From the NCBI GenBank assembly GCA_025059745.1, contig JANXDH010000004.1:47783-111782 (forward strand): a stretch of DNA of 64,000 bases. Reading direction: 5' to 3'. The DNA is from Aigarchaeota archaeon (GTDB lineage Archaea; Thermoproteota; Nitrososphaeria_A; Caldarchaeales; Calditenuaceae). The translations under genes and the position numbers were made by a program. Numbering within the stretch: the stretch's first letter is position 1; every line of letters starts with the position of its first letter. Shown here in pieces: positions 45,401 to 53,516 of the stretch. The notes under the pieces were generated by a model. It saw only the letters and a list, made by a program, of their open reading frames with translations, did not search any database and was not told the DNA's origin.

Positions 45401-45889
45401 GTCGAGGAGCTTTCTCATCTCCTCTGGACTCATCTCGGCTATGCCGAGCACCGCTCCCTGCGTGATTATATTCACTGAAGAGGGTCTGATGTTGCACGTG
45501 GCGAGTAGGGTCAGTATATCGGATCGCGATACGGTCTTTCCGTTTATCTGATAGAGGCTCTCGCCGTTAGGTAGAAGCTTCCTGCTGATGGTAACCTCCT
45601 CCTTGTCTATCGGGAGTGCCCTCTCTGAGTTATCGAGCACCACTGAGACGCTGGCCAGATTCGCTCTCTGACCGTTGTTGCCCTCGTAGACTAAATCGGA
45701 GAGCCTTGATGCCCTGAGGGCCTGAGCGCTTAGCTCTCCGAGCGCGAACTTGATGGCGTCTATCACGTTGCTCTTCCCGCCGCCGTTGGGGCCCGTGATT
45801 ACGACGTACCCCTTCTCTAAGGGTATGACGTTCCTCCTGAGGCCGAAGGACTTGAATCCGTTGATCACGATCTTCTTCAGGTAGACCAT
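42428..45889 (-). CDS. smc: chromosome segregation protein SMC
   Basis: 1153 aa. It has Walker A GPNGGGKSNVIDAI, long coiled coils, a hinge, the signature motif ISGGEKSVSAVALL, and Walker B FYIFDEVDAHMD. Confidence 0.95.
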   Translation of the reverse strand: MVYLKKIVINGFKSFGLRRNVIPLEKGYVVITGPNGGGKSNVIDAIKFALGELSAQALRASRLSDLVYEGNNGQRANLASVSVVLDNSERALPIDKEEVTISRKLLPNGESLYQINGKTVSRSDILTLLATCNIRPSSVNIITQGAVLGIAEMSPEEMRKLLDEVAGTLEYDRRKDEAMVELDKAERNIAVAKASTSEIKQMVRQLEREATHVKRKSLIERDLNCLRWIRVSKELSEIEERRVRLSEEEATLIDRRRELDDRMKSLQQEKSVLTEELRACNEAISTAQAEVERLETELRRTFRDMEEVKTRIRHLGSLYVTGVKEVQATVNNISRASERERELLRELELLSLERSRVKSELGELHDKIVDIRSRRDAVLRALKDLDEEERRLTHQSNEQQRRMMELERQRHELRTQIRVIGDETLKLDQRLRAIEEEETELGERLERFQRDRSSLLQEIEELRSKIKSTEREIAELRGLSKEIDDHLLTCLKLLAEVEKEVPIGGREESEVARLIGCRLPGDEFIGVLKDLVSPPRGFEALFRELLGDRESSIVVRRRAFAEALVRSAAERGMPLYVIAVEGWKGCKLKSCIACSSNYKDRESLAALHYALEASSLSKGDEGFDVLPSVTRRGAARLNVGLYRSYGEVEDSQSLIEEAKSLRSSLEELEGIKALLPVKVARLEESLRSHREDFLDKQKKITEIDSLIRSAVNRRDSIRSERDSILTLRARRNSEVEEKRKELEDLMKIEVTNESLDAKRSEICAKRESMMTEISSYEEELRGLNNKLGSLEERSRAIEANVKKLESEIRRIVESTRAVKIEERRAEVSSLKSSIKSMAARYADLNYHYQRLKDDSITKRNELVALRSREQELKDRLTHLERSIMDMMKGLYDLDALLNSLRVELMELNIRSNSLHEKLGGAPVEDVTIFSMVDDDQRRSLEAALEAELQTLQLVNQLSPMQYEQLSENYKMRAIRIGELEEERRRILSLIEMINAEKLAVFMRTFERVSREAGYYFNKLTGGEAWLELADPERPLESGVEMVVRFVGKPPRSSRGISGGEKSVSAVALLMGLQGLTPADFYIFDEVDAHMDVAYTRNLAALFKEMSRKTQIITVSLKDIMGEHADQLIGVYSQHGESRIVITKLGETIESKAG

Positions 45890-45987
45890 GAGAGCGCGTT
45901 TACTGACCCTTGAAGCTTATTTATCCATTAACACCGAGCGTAACAACCTAGTACATACCTCAGTAATACCCGTAGACGTGTTGGCGA

Positions 45988-46902
45988 TTATATGACCGTT
46001 CGACCCTCGGTTCTATTCCTCTTCAAGAGAATTCGGGTGAAGTGCTCTCCAGCCCTGTACGAGCTCCTTACGAGCGGTCCCGCCACGACCAGCAAGAACC
46101 CAATACTCTCCGCCTCCCGCCTGTAGTACTCGAAGACCTCTGGTCTGACGTACTCCATTACCGGTACGTGTGAGAGGGTCGGTCTCAGGTACTGTCCGAG
46201 GGTGACTATGTCGACGTGCGCCTCTCTTAGTGATCTTAACGTCCTTATGACTTCCTCTCTCTCCTCACCCAACCCTAGCATCAGTGAGGACTTTGTGAGG
46301 ACGGACGGGTCGATCTCCTTTACGGTCCTCAAGACGTCCACTGACCTCTCGAAGGATGCCCTGTGGTCTCTTACGAGCGGTGACAGTCGCGGAACGGTCT
46401 CGACGTTGTGGGCTATCACTTCAGGTCCGGCTCTAATGACGGTCTCTAATGCCTCTCGTGACGAGTTGAAGTCAGGGATCAGGACCTCAACTATGAGGTC
46501 TTCATTGAGCTGTTTGAGTGCGGTAATGGTCCTCGCAAAGTGATGTGCACCGCCGTCCGGTAGGTCGTCCCTACATACCGAGGTCAGTACCACGTATGAG
46601 AGTCCCAGCTCCTTCACCGCACACGCCACCCTCTCAGGTTCATTTGCATCGAGGTAACCGTTGGGGTGACCGCTCTTGACGTTACAGAACCTACAGGCCC
46701 TCGTGCATATGTCGCCCATGAGCATTATTGTCGCCGTACCACCGCCCCAGCACTCCGCGATGTTGGGGCACGCCGCCTCCTCGCAAACCGTGTGGAGCCT
46801 GAACCTCCTGATCGTCCTGCTCACCCTCGCGTAGACGGGACCAGAGGGTATCCTCACCCTCAACCACTCCGGTTTCCTCAACACCTCCACCGTCACTGAC
46901 AC
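45988..46902 (-). CDS. lipA: lipoyl synthase
   Basis: 304 aa. It has the auxiliary cluster CEEAACPNIAEC and the radical-SAM CTRACRFCNV. Confidence 0.9.
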   Translation of the reverse strand: MSVTVEVLRKPEWLRVRIPSGPVYARVSRTIRRFRLHTVCEEAACPNIAECWGGGTATIMLMGDICTRACRFCNVKSGHPNGYLDANEPERVACAVKELGLSYVVLTSVCRDDLPDGGAHHFARTITALKQLNEDLIVEVLIPDFNSSREALETVIRAGPEVIAHNVETVPRLSPLVRDHRASFERSVDVLRTVKEIDPSVLTKSSLMLGLGEEREEVIRTLRSLREAHVDIVTLGQYLRPTLSHVPVMEYVRPEVFEYYRREAESIGFLLVVAGPLVRSSYRAGEHFTRILLKRNRTEGRTVI

Positions 46903-46939
46903 ATCACCCGGTCTCTATCTGAGTGTTCTCACCGCCCCT

Positions 46940-48343
46940 TTAAAACCTCGAGTAATGTATAGCTCTCTTCGTCACGTTGAGTGCAGCCTCTTTCAGAGCC
47001 TCGCCGTAGGTCGGGTGCACTCGCGGGACTAGGGTGAGACATTCTAGGGGTACCTTTGCGTTCACGATCGTTGAGGCCTCGTTTATCAGCTCGGTGGCCC
47101 TCGGCCCTACTATCTGGACCCCTAAGACCCTCTGGGCGCCGCTATCGGTTATTATCTTGACGAAACCATCGTCCTCGCCGTCTATATGTGAGCGACCGAT
47201 AGCTGAGAAGGGGAGTCGTGAGACCTTGATCTCCATCCTCATCTCTCTGGCCTCCCTCTCACTCACCCCCACCGTTGCTATCTCCGGGTCGGTGAAGATA
47301 CCTGTCGGTACCCTGTAATCGCGCGTATCTGTTTCGAGGCCTGCTATCGATTCGGCCGCGATCACACCCTCCAACCCGGCCTTGTTCGCGAGGAAAGGCG
47401 GTCCTCTCACGTCACCGACGGCGTAGATGCCCTCGACGCTGGTCCTCATCCTCTCGTCCGTGATCACGTACCCCCGCTCATCCAGTCTGACTCCTAAATC
47501 CCTCAGCCCCCTCACCCACTCGCCCGGCCGCTTACCTATCGAGACCAACGCGACCTCAGTCTCTACAGTCTCACCGCTGGACAACGTGACCCTGAGAGAG
47601 TCGTTCGAGTAGGAGCGGTCTGCTACGGTCGTTTTGAGGTGAAACCTCACGCCGAGTCTTCTGAGGGAGTTGTAGACCACCCTCGCTAAGTCCTCGTCTA
47701 AGTCCGGCATCACGCGGTCCGCGATCTCCACCACCGTGACCTCAGTGCCCAGTTTTGTAAATGCGGTGGCTAGCTCGAGACCGGTCGCACCCCCGCCAAC
47801 TACTAGTAGCCTCTTAGGGATCTCGGTGATCGAGAGGAGTTCCTTGCACCACACCACCCTTCTTCCATCGAACGGAATCGACGTTAGACCCGCGGCCTCG
47901 GTCCCTGTTGCGATCACTATCGAGCTTGTAGTTATCGAACGCAGACCTCCCCCCCTCGATTTCACGTCCACGCGATCAGGCCCCCTAACCTCTGCGTGAC
48001 CGAACACTAACTTTACCCTGTTGGCCTTCAGGAGGTCCTCTATTCCCCTCCTCACCCTCTCCACGACCAGCAGCCGCTTCTCCTGGAACTTGATCATGTT
48101 GGGGAGAACGTTACATCCCACGAGGCCCTCTCTTGCCAACCTCCTCATCCCGTGGATGGAGTCTGCGTATGAGGTCATTAGTTTGGACGGGACGCACCCG
48201 AAGTTCGCGCATTCGCCTCCGAGGTCCCTCTCCTCTATCAGGACCGTTCTCTTTCCGAGTTGAGACAGCCGTATCGCTGAGACGTACCCTCCCGGACCGC
48301 CGCCTATGACCGCTGCGTCGTACCTCTCGGTCGACATTGACAT
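46940..48343 (-). CDS. lpdA: dihydrolipoyl dehydrogenase (E3)
   Basis: 467 aa. It has the FAD motif VIGGGPGGY, the redox disulfide GGECANFGCVPSK, the NAD motif VVGGGATGLE, and a C-terminal dimerisation domain with HPTYGE. Confidence 0.85.
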   Translation of the reverse strand: MSMSTERYDAAVIGGGPGGYVSAIRLSQLGKRTVLIEERDLGGECANFGCVPSKLMTSYADSIHGMRRLAREGLVGCNVLPNMIKFQEKRLLVVERVRRGIEDLLKANRVKLVFGHAEVRGPDRVDVKSRGGGLRSITTSSIVIATGTEAAGLTSIPFDGRRVVWCKELLSITEIPKRLLVVGGGATGLELATAFTKLGTEVTVVEIADRVMPDLDEDLARVVYNSLRRLGVRFHLKTTVADRSYSNDSLRVTLSSGETVETEVALVSIGKRPGEWVRGLRDLGVRLDERGYVITDERMRTSVEGIYAVGDVRGPPFLANKAGLEGVIAAESIAGLETDTRDYRVPTGIFTDPEIATVGVSEREAREMRMEIKVSRLPFSAIGRSHIDGEDDGFVKIITDSGAQRVLGVQIVGPRATELINEASTIVNAKVPLECLTLVPRVHPTYGEALKEAALNVTKRAIHYSRF

Positions 48344-48458
48344 ACTCTCTCCAATCCAGAGGTTTATAGCTTATGACGGGTACCTCTAGATGCCGCTGAG
48401 TTGAAGTTGACTAATTTTAAATATTCGTTGCCTCAATGAGTCCAAAACGTGGTAGCAC

Positions 48459-49586
48459 GTGAGCTGGTATCACTACGTATTGATAGTCGGTATCGTGCTG
48501 GCGGAGGCCCTGACGCACTTCGGGACGGTTGAGGGCGACTCGTGGGAGTTCTTCAACGTCACCAAATACCTCCTCGGAATAGAACCACTGGAGTCTCCTC
48601 ATAGAATCATACGGCCCCTGGTTCCCGCGTTGGCAGCACCGCTCTATTACCTTCTGGGCCTACCGATGAGCTACGGCCTGGTCAACACACTTTTTTACGT
48701 GCTCTCGGGGATCTTCGCGTATAAGCTCGGACTTGAACTGACGAAATCGAGGGTGGCCGGTCTCGTCAGCTCGTTACTGCTAATCACCTCCCCGCCCATG
48801 ATCGCCTACGGCTCGGCCTCACACTATCAGGCAGGTCCGATATTCTTCCAGTTCTTCGTGATCTATCTGGCAATAAGGTGGATGAACGCGCTTGAGCTCA
48901 AGAGGGCCGCCACGCTAGGCGTCGTCTCTGGATTAGGAGTGCTTGCAGGTGAGTCCGTAGCTACCTCGATAGCGTCGACTCTACTCCTTATGGTGTTGAG
49001 GGGGCGATCGTTGGGTCTGCTGCTTTACGTTACGTTCATCGCTCCCTTCCTCACCGTGCCATTAATCCTTGGAGGTTACGACTGGATAAGGTGGTATCTC
49101 GTTCAAAATGTGGGAGGGTACGCTCCTTATGCGAATCTGGATAGTCCGATTGTGTGGCTCGATCCTTTCAACAGGATCAGGCACTTCGTCGTTGGGATCT
49201 CCTTTGCAGCGACCTTAGGCCTCCTCTACGGGTTCCTAAGGGAGGACAATAGGGAGAGGGCCGTGATATTCTACGTAATGCTCTTACCTGCTCTCTTAGC
49301 TTGGCTGGCTTGGCCACCAGTCAATTACAGAGTGCTCTATCCGATGTTCCACGCGGTCTATTGGATTGCAGGTGCAGGACTTCTCTCGATCGCACAGGAT
49401 CTGTCTAGCAAGCCGGTGCTGAGGAGGGTTCCCAAGTACGTTTGGCTCGTAGTAATTTTAGTTTTGAACGCATTCATAAGTAACTGGTACGTTACACGTT
49501 ACTATTACCTGTTATACGGGCCCGGGATGTGGGGGCCCTTCGATTGGATCTCCGTGCCCTCTTTGGAGATGCTCGAGATGCGTTGA
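48459..49586 (+). CDS. polytopic membrane protein, possibly a GT-C-type glycosyltransferase
   Basis: 375 aa with about 10 hydrophobic helices. It is adjacent to a GT2 enzyme. Function is inferred only from topology and context. Confidence 0.45.
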   Translation: MSWYHYVLIVGIVLAEALTHFGTVEGDSWEFFNVTKYLLGIEPLESPHRIIRPLVPALAAPLYYLLGLPMSYGLVNTLFYVLSGIFAYKLGLELTKSRVAGLVSSLLLITSPPMIAYGSASHYQAGPIFFQFFVIYLAIRWMNALELKRAATLGVVSGLGVLAGESVATSIASTLLLMVLRGRSLGLLLYVTFIAPFLTVPLILGGYDWIRWYLVQNVGGYAPYANLDSPIVWLDPFNRIRHFVVGISFAATLGLLYGFLREDNRERAVIFYVMLLPALLAWLAWPPVNYRVLYPMFHAVYWIAGAGLLSIAQDLSSKPVLRRVPKYVWLVVILVLNAFISNWYVTRYYYLLYGPGMWGPFDWISVPSLEMLEMR

Positions 49587-49622
49587 GTCTTCGACTTTTG
49601 AGAGTGTCATGAGGATGACCTC

Positions 49623-50390
49623 TCAGTCCCAAAACCGGTACTTGAGCGCGTACCATAGGGCCTTTATGCCATCCCTCATCCGTATCTTTTTGCCCTCGCT
49701 GTACGTTCGGCCGAAGTACCGTATTCCGACCTCGTAGAACCTGAACTTCCTCTTTGCCGCCTTGACGACCAGCTCCACCTCGATTCCGAAGTCGTCGGAC
49801 TTTAGATCGATACTATCTATGACCTCTCTCTTGAACATCTTGTAACCGACCTCGACGTCACTCAGTACCAGCCCTGTGAGGAGGTTGACGAAGTTCGTTA
49901 TCACCTTGTTGCCGACGAAGTGGGAGAAATAGAAGGCCCTGTGAGGTTTACCGTGGAATCTGGAGCCACATACGAAGTCGGCCACCCCTGCGTCTATAAG
50001 CTCCCACATCTCGTCCCAGTCCCTAGGGTCGTACTCTAAGTCTGCGTCCTGTATCACTATCACCTCTCCCCTGGAATATTTTATTCCCGTCCTTATCGCG
50101 GCCCCCTTACCCTTATTCCGCCTGTGGAGTACGACCAGAGTTCCTACGACGGCACGGTTAGCGACCTCGCTCCTACAGGACTGTTCTCTACTGGGTTCTG
50201 AGTCCTCCCAGATGCAAGGGAACCTCTCGGTGAGCCACTCCCTCGTACCGTCCGTCGATCCGTCGTCAACCACTATCAACTCCTTCTCAACGTGGGGTAG
50301 TGCGCTCCCGACCCGTTCCAGTACCTCGCCGATATATTTCATCTCGTTGTATACTGGGATGACGACCGAAAGGTTCCGCAAGACTCTCAA
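49623..50390 (-). CDS. family 2 glycosyltransferase (dolichyl-phosphate sugar synthase-like)
   Basis: 255 aa. It has LSVVIPVYNE, LIVVDDGSTDGT and VIQDADLEYDP (DxD). Confidence 0.8.
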   Translation of the reverse strand: MRVLRNLSVVIPVYNEMKYIGEVLERVGSALPHVEKELIVVDDGSTDGTREWLTERFPCIWEDSEPSREQSCRSEVANRAVVGTLVVLHRRNKGKGAAIRTGIKYSRGEVIVIQDADLEYDPRDWDEMWELIDAGVADFVCGSRFHGKPHRAFYFSHFVGNKVITNFVNLLTGLVLSDVEVGYKMFKREVIDSIDLKSDDFGIEVELVVKAAKRKFRFYEVGIRYFGRTYSEGKKIRMRDGIKALWYALKYRFWD

Positions 50391-50611
50391 GGTGGGTTGG
50401 GCCGATGATTTTTATACTTGACGTCTATGAGGTGAGACACTGGTATCCAGAGCTGGTCCTTCTTCGCCCCACATTTGATGGTCGCTTCCTTTGCCTCAAC
50501 TTCCACGAAGACGTGGTACTTGCCGTCAGATGCTGAATTGGGTTTAAGGTCACGCCCGATTGATATATGCCTTAAAGACTCCTGAACGTCAACGTTTCAA
50601 TTAGCTGGAAA

Positions 50612-50634
50612 AGCTTTTATGCTATAAAAAAAAA
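50612..50634 (+). promoter_or_regulatory. A/T-rich TATA-like promoter element of the island ORF
   Basis: AGCTTTTATGCTATAAAAAAAAA lies immediately upstream of the GTG start at 50644. Confidence 0.35.
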
Positions 50635-50643
50635 TGTGATGTA

Positions 50644-51702
50644 GTGCCGCTGGTTTCCGTTGATAGAATAGAGAGGGCAGTAGAAAATGCTAAAAGGTAC
50701 ATAGACGGCTATTATCGATACCGACGACTCCAGCGTAAAGAGTTTGAGTTGCGAGAAAGAAAGGAGAAGATATTACAAGATTTATTGAGTAAGGAGAAGA
50801 TCGACCAATTAAAGGAGGATGACGTGTACACTCTAGCTGAAAACCTTTGGTCTATGCAGTGGTGGTCCAACATAGACTATATCAAACAGTTATGGATTGG
50901 TGAGGTGGGAGGAATTGAAAACCTCAAAAAGGCTATGCGAGAGCTCATCTGGGGAGATGATGATATAGCGAAAAGGTACGATCTATTTAGGTATAGGGTT
51001 AGAGGGATGGGAAGCTCCACAATAACAGAGATCCTCAATGCTGCGAGGCCAGATAGGTACGCTATCTGGAACAGTCAAATAAGAAAAGCGTTAGAGAAAT
51101 TGGGGATAGTAGAATTGTCAAAAGTCTACCAGATCACCGGTGACCAATATAAGGAAATAATCAGCCTGTTAGGGCGATTTATCAGGCTACTAAAGGACAA
51201 AAACGCCCCATCAGAACCTAATTTTCTCGATGTGGATTATTTCCTCTATTATATTGCAACGCAAATTGATGACTCGGGACAGTCGGACACAACCTACGAC
51301 TCAGAAGAAATAACACAACATCTAACGAAGGTCGGGTCTCTATTAGGATTCGACGTTTTACGAGAAGTCACCATAACGCCCGGAGCAAGGGTTGATTTGG
51401 TCTGGAGTTCACGAGTAGGCATTTTAGGTTTAATAAAGTACGTTTTCGAGGTTCAAACCAAGGGTAGCATTAAGTCACTGTTGATGAACCTCGTTTTGGC
51501 TGCCAAGGATCCGACCGTTCAGAAGGTGATCGCGGTATCAGACGCGGAGCAGTTAGAATTAATTCGCCGCGAAGCAGAGCCGCTCAAAGAATTACATGAC
51601 AAGATCATTTATTGGGATGTTCAGGAACTTAGACGTGTTTCAGAGTTAATAGAGGAGTTTTATGGTATGATACAAAGGCTAGGGTTCACACCAACCCCAT
51701 AA
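50644..51702 (+). CDS. orphan protein in an A/T-rich island; possible DNA-binding N-terminal half and restriction-endonuclease-like C-terminal half
   Basis: 352-aa ORF with atypical codon use (CGA/CGT Arg, AAA Lys, TTA Leu). The N-terminal half has an HhH-like stretch, VRGMGSSTITEILNAARPDRYAIWNSQ. The C-terminal part, RVDLVWSS...YVFEVQTKGSIKS...KVIAVSD, is reminiscent of PD-(D/E)xK cores. No confident family assignment. Confidence 0.5.
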   Translation: MPLVSVDRIERAVENAKRYIDGYYRYRRLQRKEFELRERKEKILQDLLSKEKIDQLKEDDVYTLAENLWSMQWWSNIDYIKQLWIGEVGGIENLKKAMRELIWGDDDIAKRYDLFRYRVRGMGSSTITEILNAARPDRYAIWNSQIRKALEKLGIVELSKVYQITGDQYKEIISLLGRFIRLLKDKNAPSEPNFLDVDYFLYYIATQIDDSGQSDTTYDSEEITQHLTKVGSLLGFDVLREVTITPGARVDLVWSSRVGILGLIKYVFEVQTKGSIKSLLMNLVLAAKDPTVQKVIAVSDAEQLELIRREAEPLKELHDKIIYWDVQELRRVSELIEEFYGMIQRLGFTPTP

Positions 51703-51823
51703 AACTTCTGGCCTCGAGTAGTAGCCTCTTCACGTCACCCTCGAGAACGTTACTATTAGGGTCCTAAACCGAGCCACTATGAGAGGAAAATATATTTTTT
51801 GAATAGTAAACAGAGTACCTGGT

Positions 51824-51898
51824 GGGCCCGTAGCTCAGCATGGACAGAGCGCCGGCCTTCTAAGTCGGAGGTCGCGGGTTCGAGTCCCGCCGGGCCCG
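51824..51898 (+). tRNA. tRNA-Arg (anticodon TCT)
   Basis: Hand-folded. The acceptor pairs GGGCCCG with CGGGCCC, with discriminator G. The D-arm is AGCTCAGCATGGACAGAGC, the anticodon arm is CCGGC-CUUCUAA-GTCGG, and the T-arm is GCGGG-TTCGAGT-CCCGC. TATA-like AAAATATATTTTTT at 51787-51800 lies ~25-35 nt upstream. Confidence 0.9.
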
Positions 51899-51931
51899 AT
51901 TAGGTGCGAACTGAGGGTGAAATGCCTATAG

Positions 51932-52402
51932 TCAACCCTCGACGATGAAGAGGCCCCACATCCCGAGCTCTATGTGAGCAGGGACGGTGCAGACGTAGTA
52001 ATAGGTGCCCGGCCTATCGGGTATGAAGGTCACTGAGGCGCTCCCCCTCGGCTGTATCGGTATATTCGGTTTCCCTATCTCGGCGCCCCAGAGAGCCCTC
52101 GCGTCGAACCTCCTCTCAGATACTACGGCGAGGGTGTGAGGTAACTCGCCGACGTTGATCAACCTGAGGGTAACCTTCTCGCCGACCTTGACGGTGATCG
52201 TCGGGCCTGGTGAGGTGATCTGAGCGGGGGTCAGTCCGTACCCGTACTCATTGCCATAGACGGTTATGGTCCTGGTGCCCTTTTCGTCTTTATGTTCAGT
52301 GCCGTGGAGGATGTTCTGCAACTGTATCAACGAAATGACCGCGACCACGACAGAGATCAGGACCAACGATACCACTATCGCTGTAGTCGTCTTTTGGTTC
52401 AC
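51932..52402 (-). CDS. membrane-anchored type-1 (blue) copper protein, sulfocyanin/plastocyanin-like cupredoxin
   Basis: 156 aa with an N-terminal TM helix. Copper ligands are H in ELPHTLAV and C/H/M in YYVCTVPAHIELGMWG. Confidence 0.75.
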   Translation of the reverse strand: MNQKTTTAIVVSLVLISVVVAVISLIQLQNILHGTEHKDEKGTRTITVYGNEYGYGLTPAQITSPGPTITVKVGEKVTLRLINVGELPHTLAVVSERRFDARALWGAEIGKPNIPIQPRGSASVTFIPDRPGTYYYVCTVPAHIELGMWGLFIVEG

Positions 52403-52427
52403 GTGGTCTAAATCGGACCATTTCCAT

Positions 52428-53447
52428 TTAAACGTTGTCTTTTCCTGTGTGAATGAAGCGTGGTTTAGGTGTGGCTATGTTCAGTGCGTTCTCGCATATG
52501 TCCATTGAGTACTCGATAATCCTCCTTATGTTATAATATAACAGCCTCTCGCTCGGCGGACTTGACGCTCTACTGAGTCTCGAGTGGGCCTTCTGTATGT
52601 CTGATATCATGGCCTCGCTATCGGACAACAAGCACTCCAACTCCTTTACTGAGGGGTTCAACAACAGGTCAACGGCGACCCTGAAGAGTTCCGTAGCGTC
52701 GTAACCGATCTTTATGATCTTTTCAAGTTTTTGTCCCTCCAGCGGCTCCTCTACGACCATAGAAGCGATGTTGGTCGCGTGGTCGGCGATGCGCTCGATG
52801 CTCCTAGCCGCCATCACGTAACTCACCGCATCATGGGGATTGAGGGAGACCTTCTCCAGGCGGGCTGCTAGTGGCATGAGCAGATTATTCACTGAGCGAT
52901 GGAAGTAATAATAGAACCTGTCGACCTCGTCGTCCCTATTGATGATCTCTCTTGCCAGCTCCCGGTCACCAGTCTCCACGGCTCTCAGGGAGTCCCTTAG
53001 CATGTAGTACGATATAACGCCCATCCTCTCGATGCTCTTGAGGTGTGACGTGTTCTGAAATAGAGGTATCAGCTCTACCACCAGCCTATTGTAGGACTCA
53101 TCGACGACCTCTGCACCTGCGAGCAACCTCCTGATGCTACTCTTTAACGTGTTCAGTACCTCGGGGTTGTGCGTCGAGATGTTGATCTTTATGAAGTTGT
53201 AACCTGCGAGGTAGAAGGATATCAGTTCCCTCAGGACGTTCGTGACGTCGCTACCCTCGTTAATGTTGATCTCGCAGTCGCTGATCCTTACGTCCTTGGG
53301 TATTATGGTCAACCCGCCGCTCGGGTGCTCGGATATGATCAGCGAGTCTCCCTTCTTCACCTTGAACGCGTCCAACCACCACTTGGGCAGGGATATTATG
53401 AGAGTAGAACCGCCTGTCAACTGGACCCTTCTCTCCTCGGAGTGCAC
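52428..53447 (-). CDS. AbrB/SpoVT-domain plus PhoU-domain phosphate uptake regulator
   Basis: 339 aa. The N-terminal swapped-hairpin motif is RVQLTGGSTLIISLPKWWLDAFKVKKGDSL, followed by two PhoU repeats (RDDEVDRFY..., ERIADHATNIA). It has a GTG start and is divergent from pstS. Confidence 0.75.
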   Translation of the reverse strand: MHSEERRVQLTGGSTLIISLPKWWLDAFKVKKGDSLIISEHPSGGLTIIPKDVRISDCEININEGSDVTNVLRELISFYLAGYNFIKINISTHNPEVLNTLKSSIRRLLAGAEVVDESYNRLVVELIPLFQNTSHLKSIERMGVISYYMLRDSLRAVETGDRELAREIINRDDEVDRFYYYFHRSVNNLLMPLAARLEKVSLNPHDAVSYVMAARSIERIADHATNIASMVVEEPLEGQKLEKIIKIGYDATELFRVAVDLLLNPSVKELECLLSDSEAMISDIQKAHSRLSRASSPPSERLLYYNIRRIIEYSMDICENALNIATPKPRFIHTGKDNV

Positions 53448-53516
53448 GTATATATAGAATAATTAGTACTATATATATTTCGTGAATTAACTATATATTC
53501 TAACCCATAGAGGTCC
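53448..53516. promoter_or_regulatory. divergent promoter region between the AbrB-PhoU regulator gene and pstS, with repeated ACTATATAT boxes
   Basis: This is a 69-bp A/T-rich spacer. GTATATATAGAATAATTA abuts the regulator start. ACTATATAT occurs at 53468-53476 and 53490-53498, 22 bp apart. The second copy is ~25 nt upstream of the pstS ATG at 53523. Confidence 0.45.

Noticed and set aside
43398-45551. Several plus-strand ORFs (76-142 aa) inside smc
   Set aside because: They are Ser/Leu-rich shadows of the Glu/Arg/Leu-rich coiled-coil coding strand.
50400-51823. Integrated mobile element with att sites at tRNA-Arg
   Set aside because: I looked for a duplicated 3' segment of the tRNA and for an integrase or transposase, and found neither. 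Only compositional evidence supports a foreign origin, so I do not call a mobile element.
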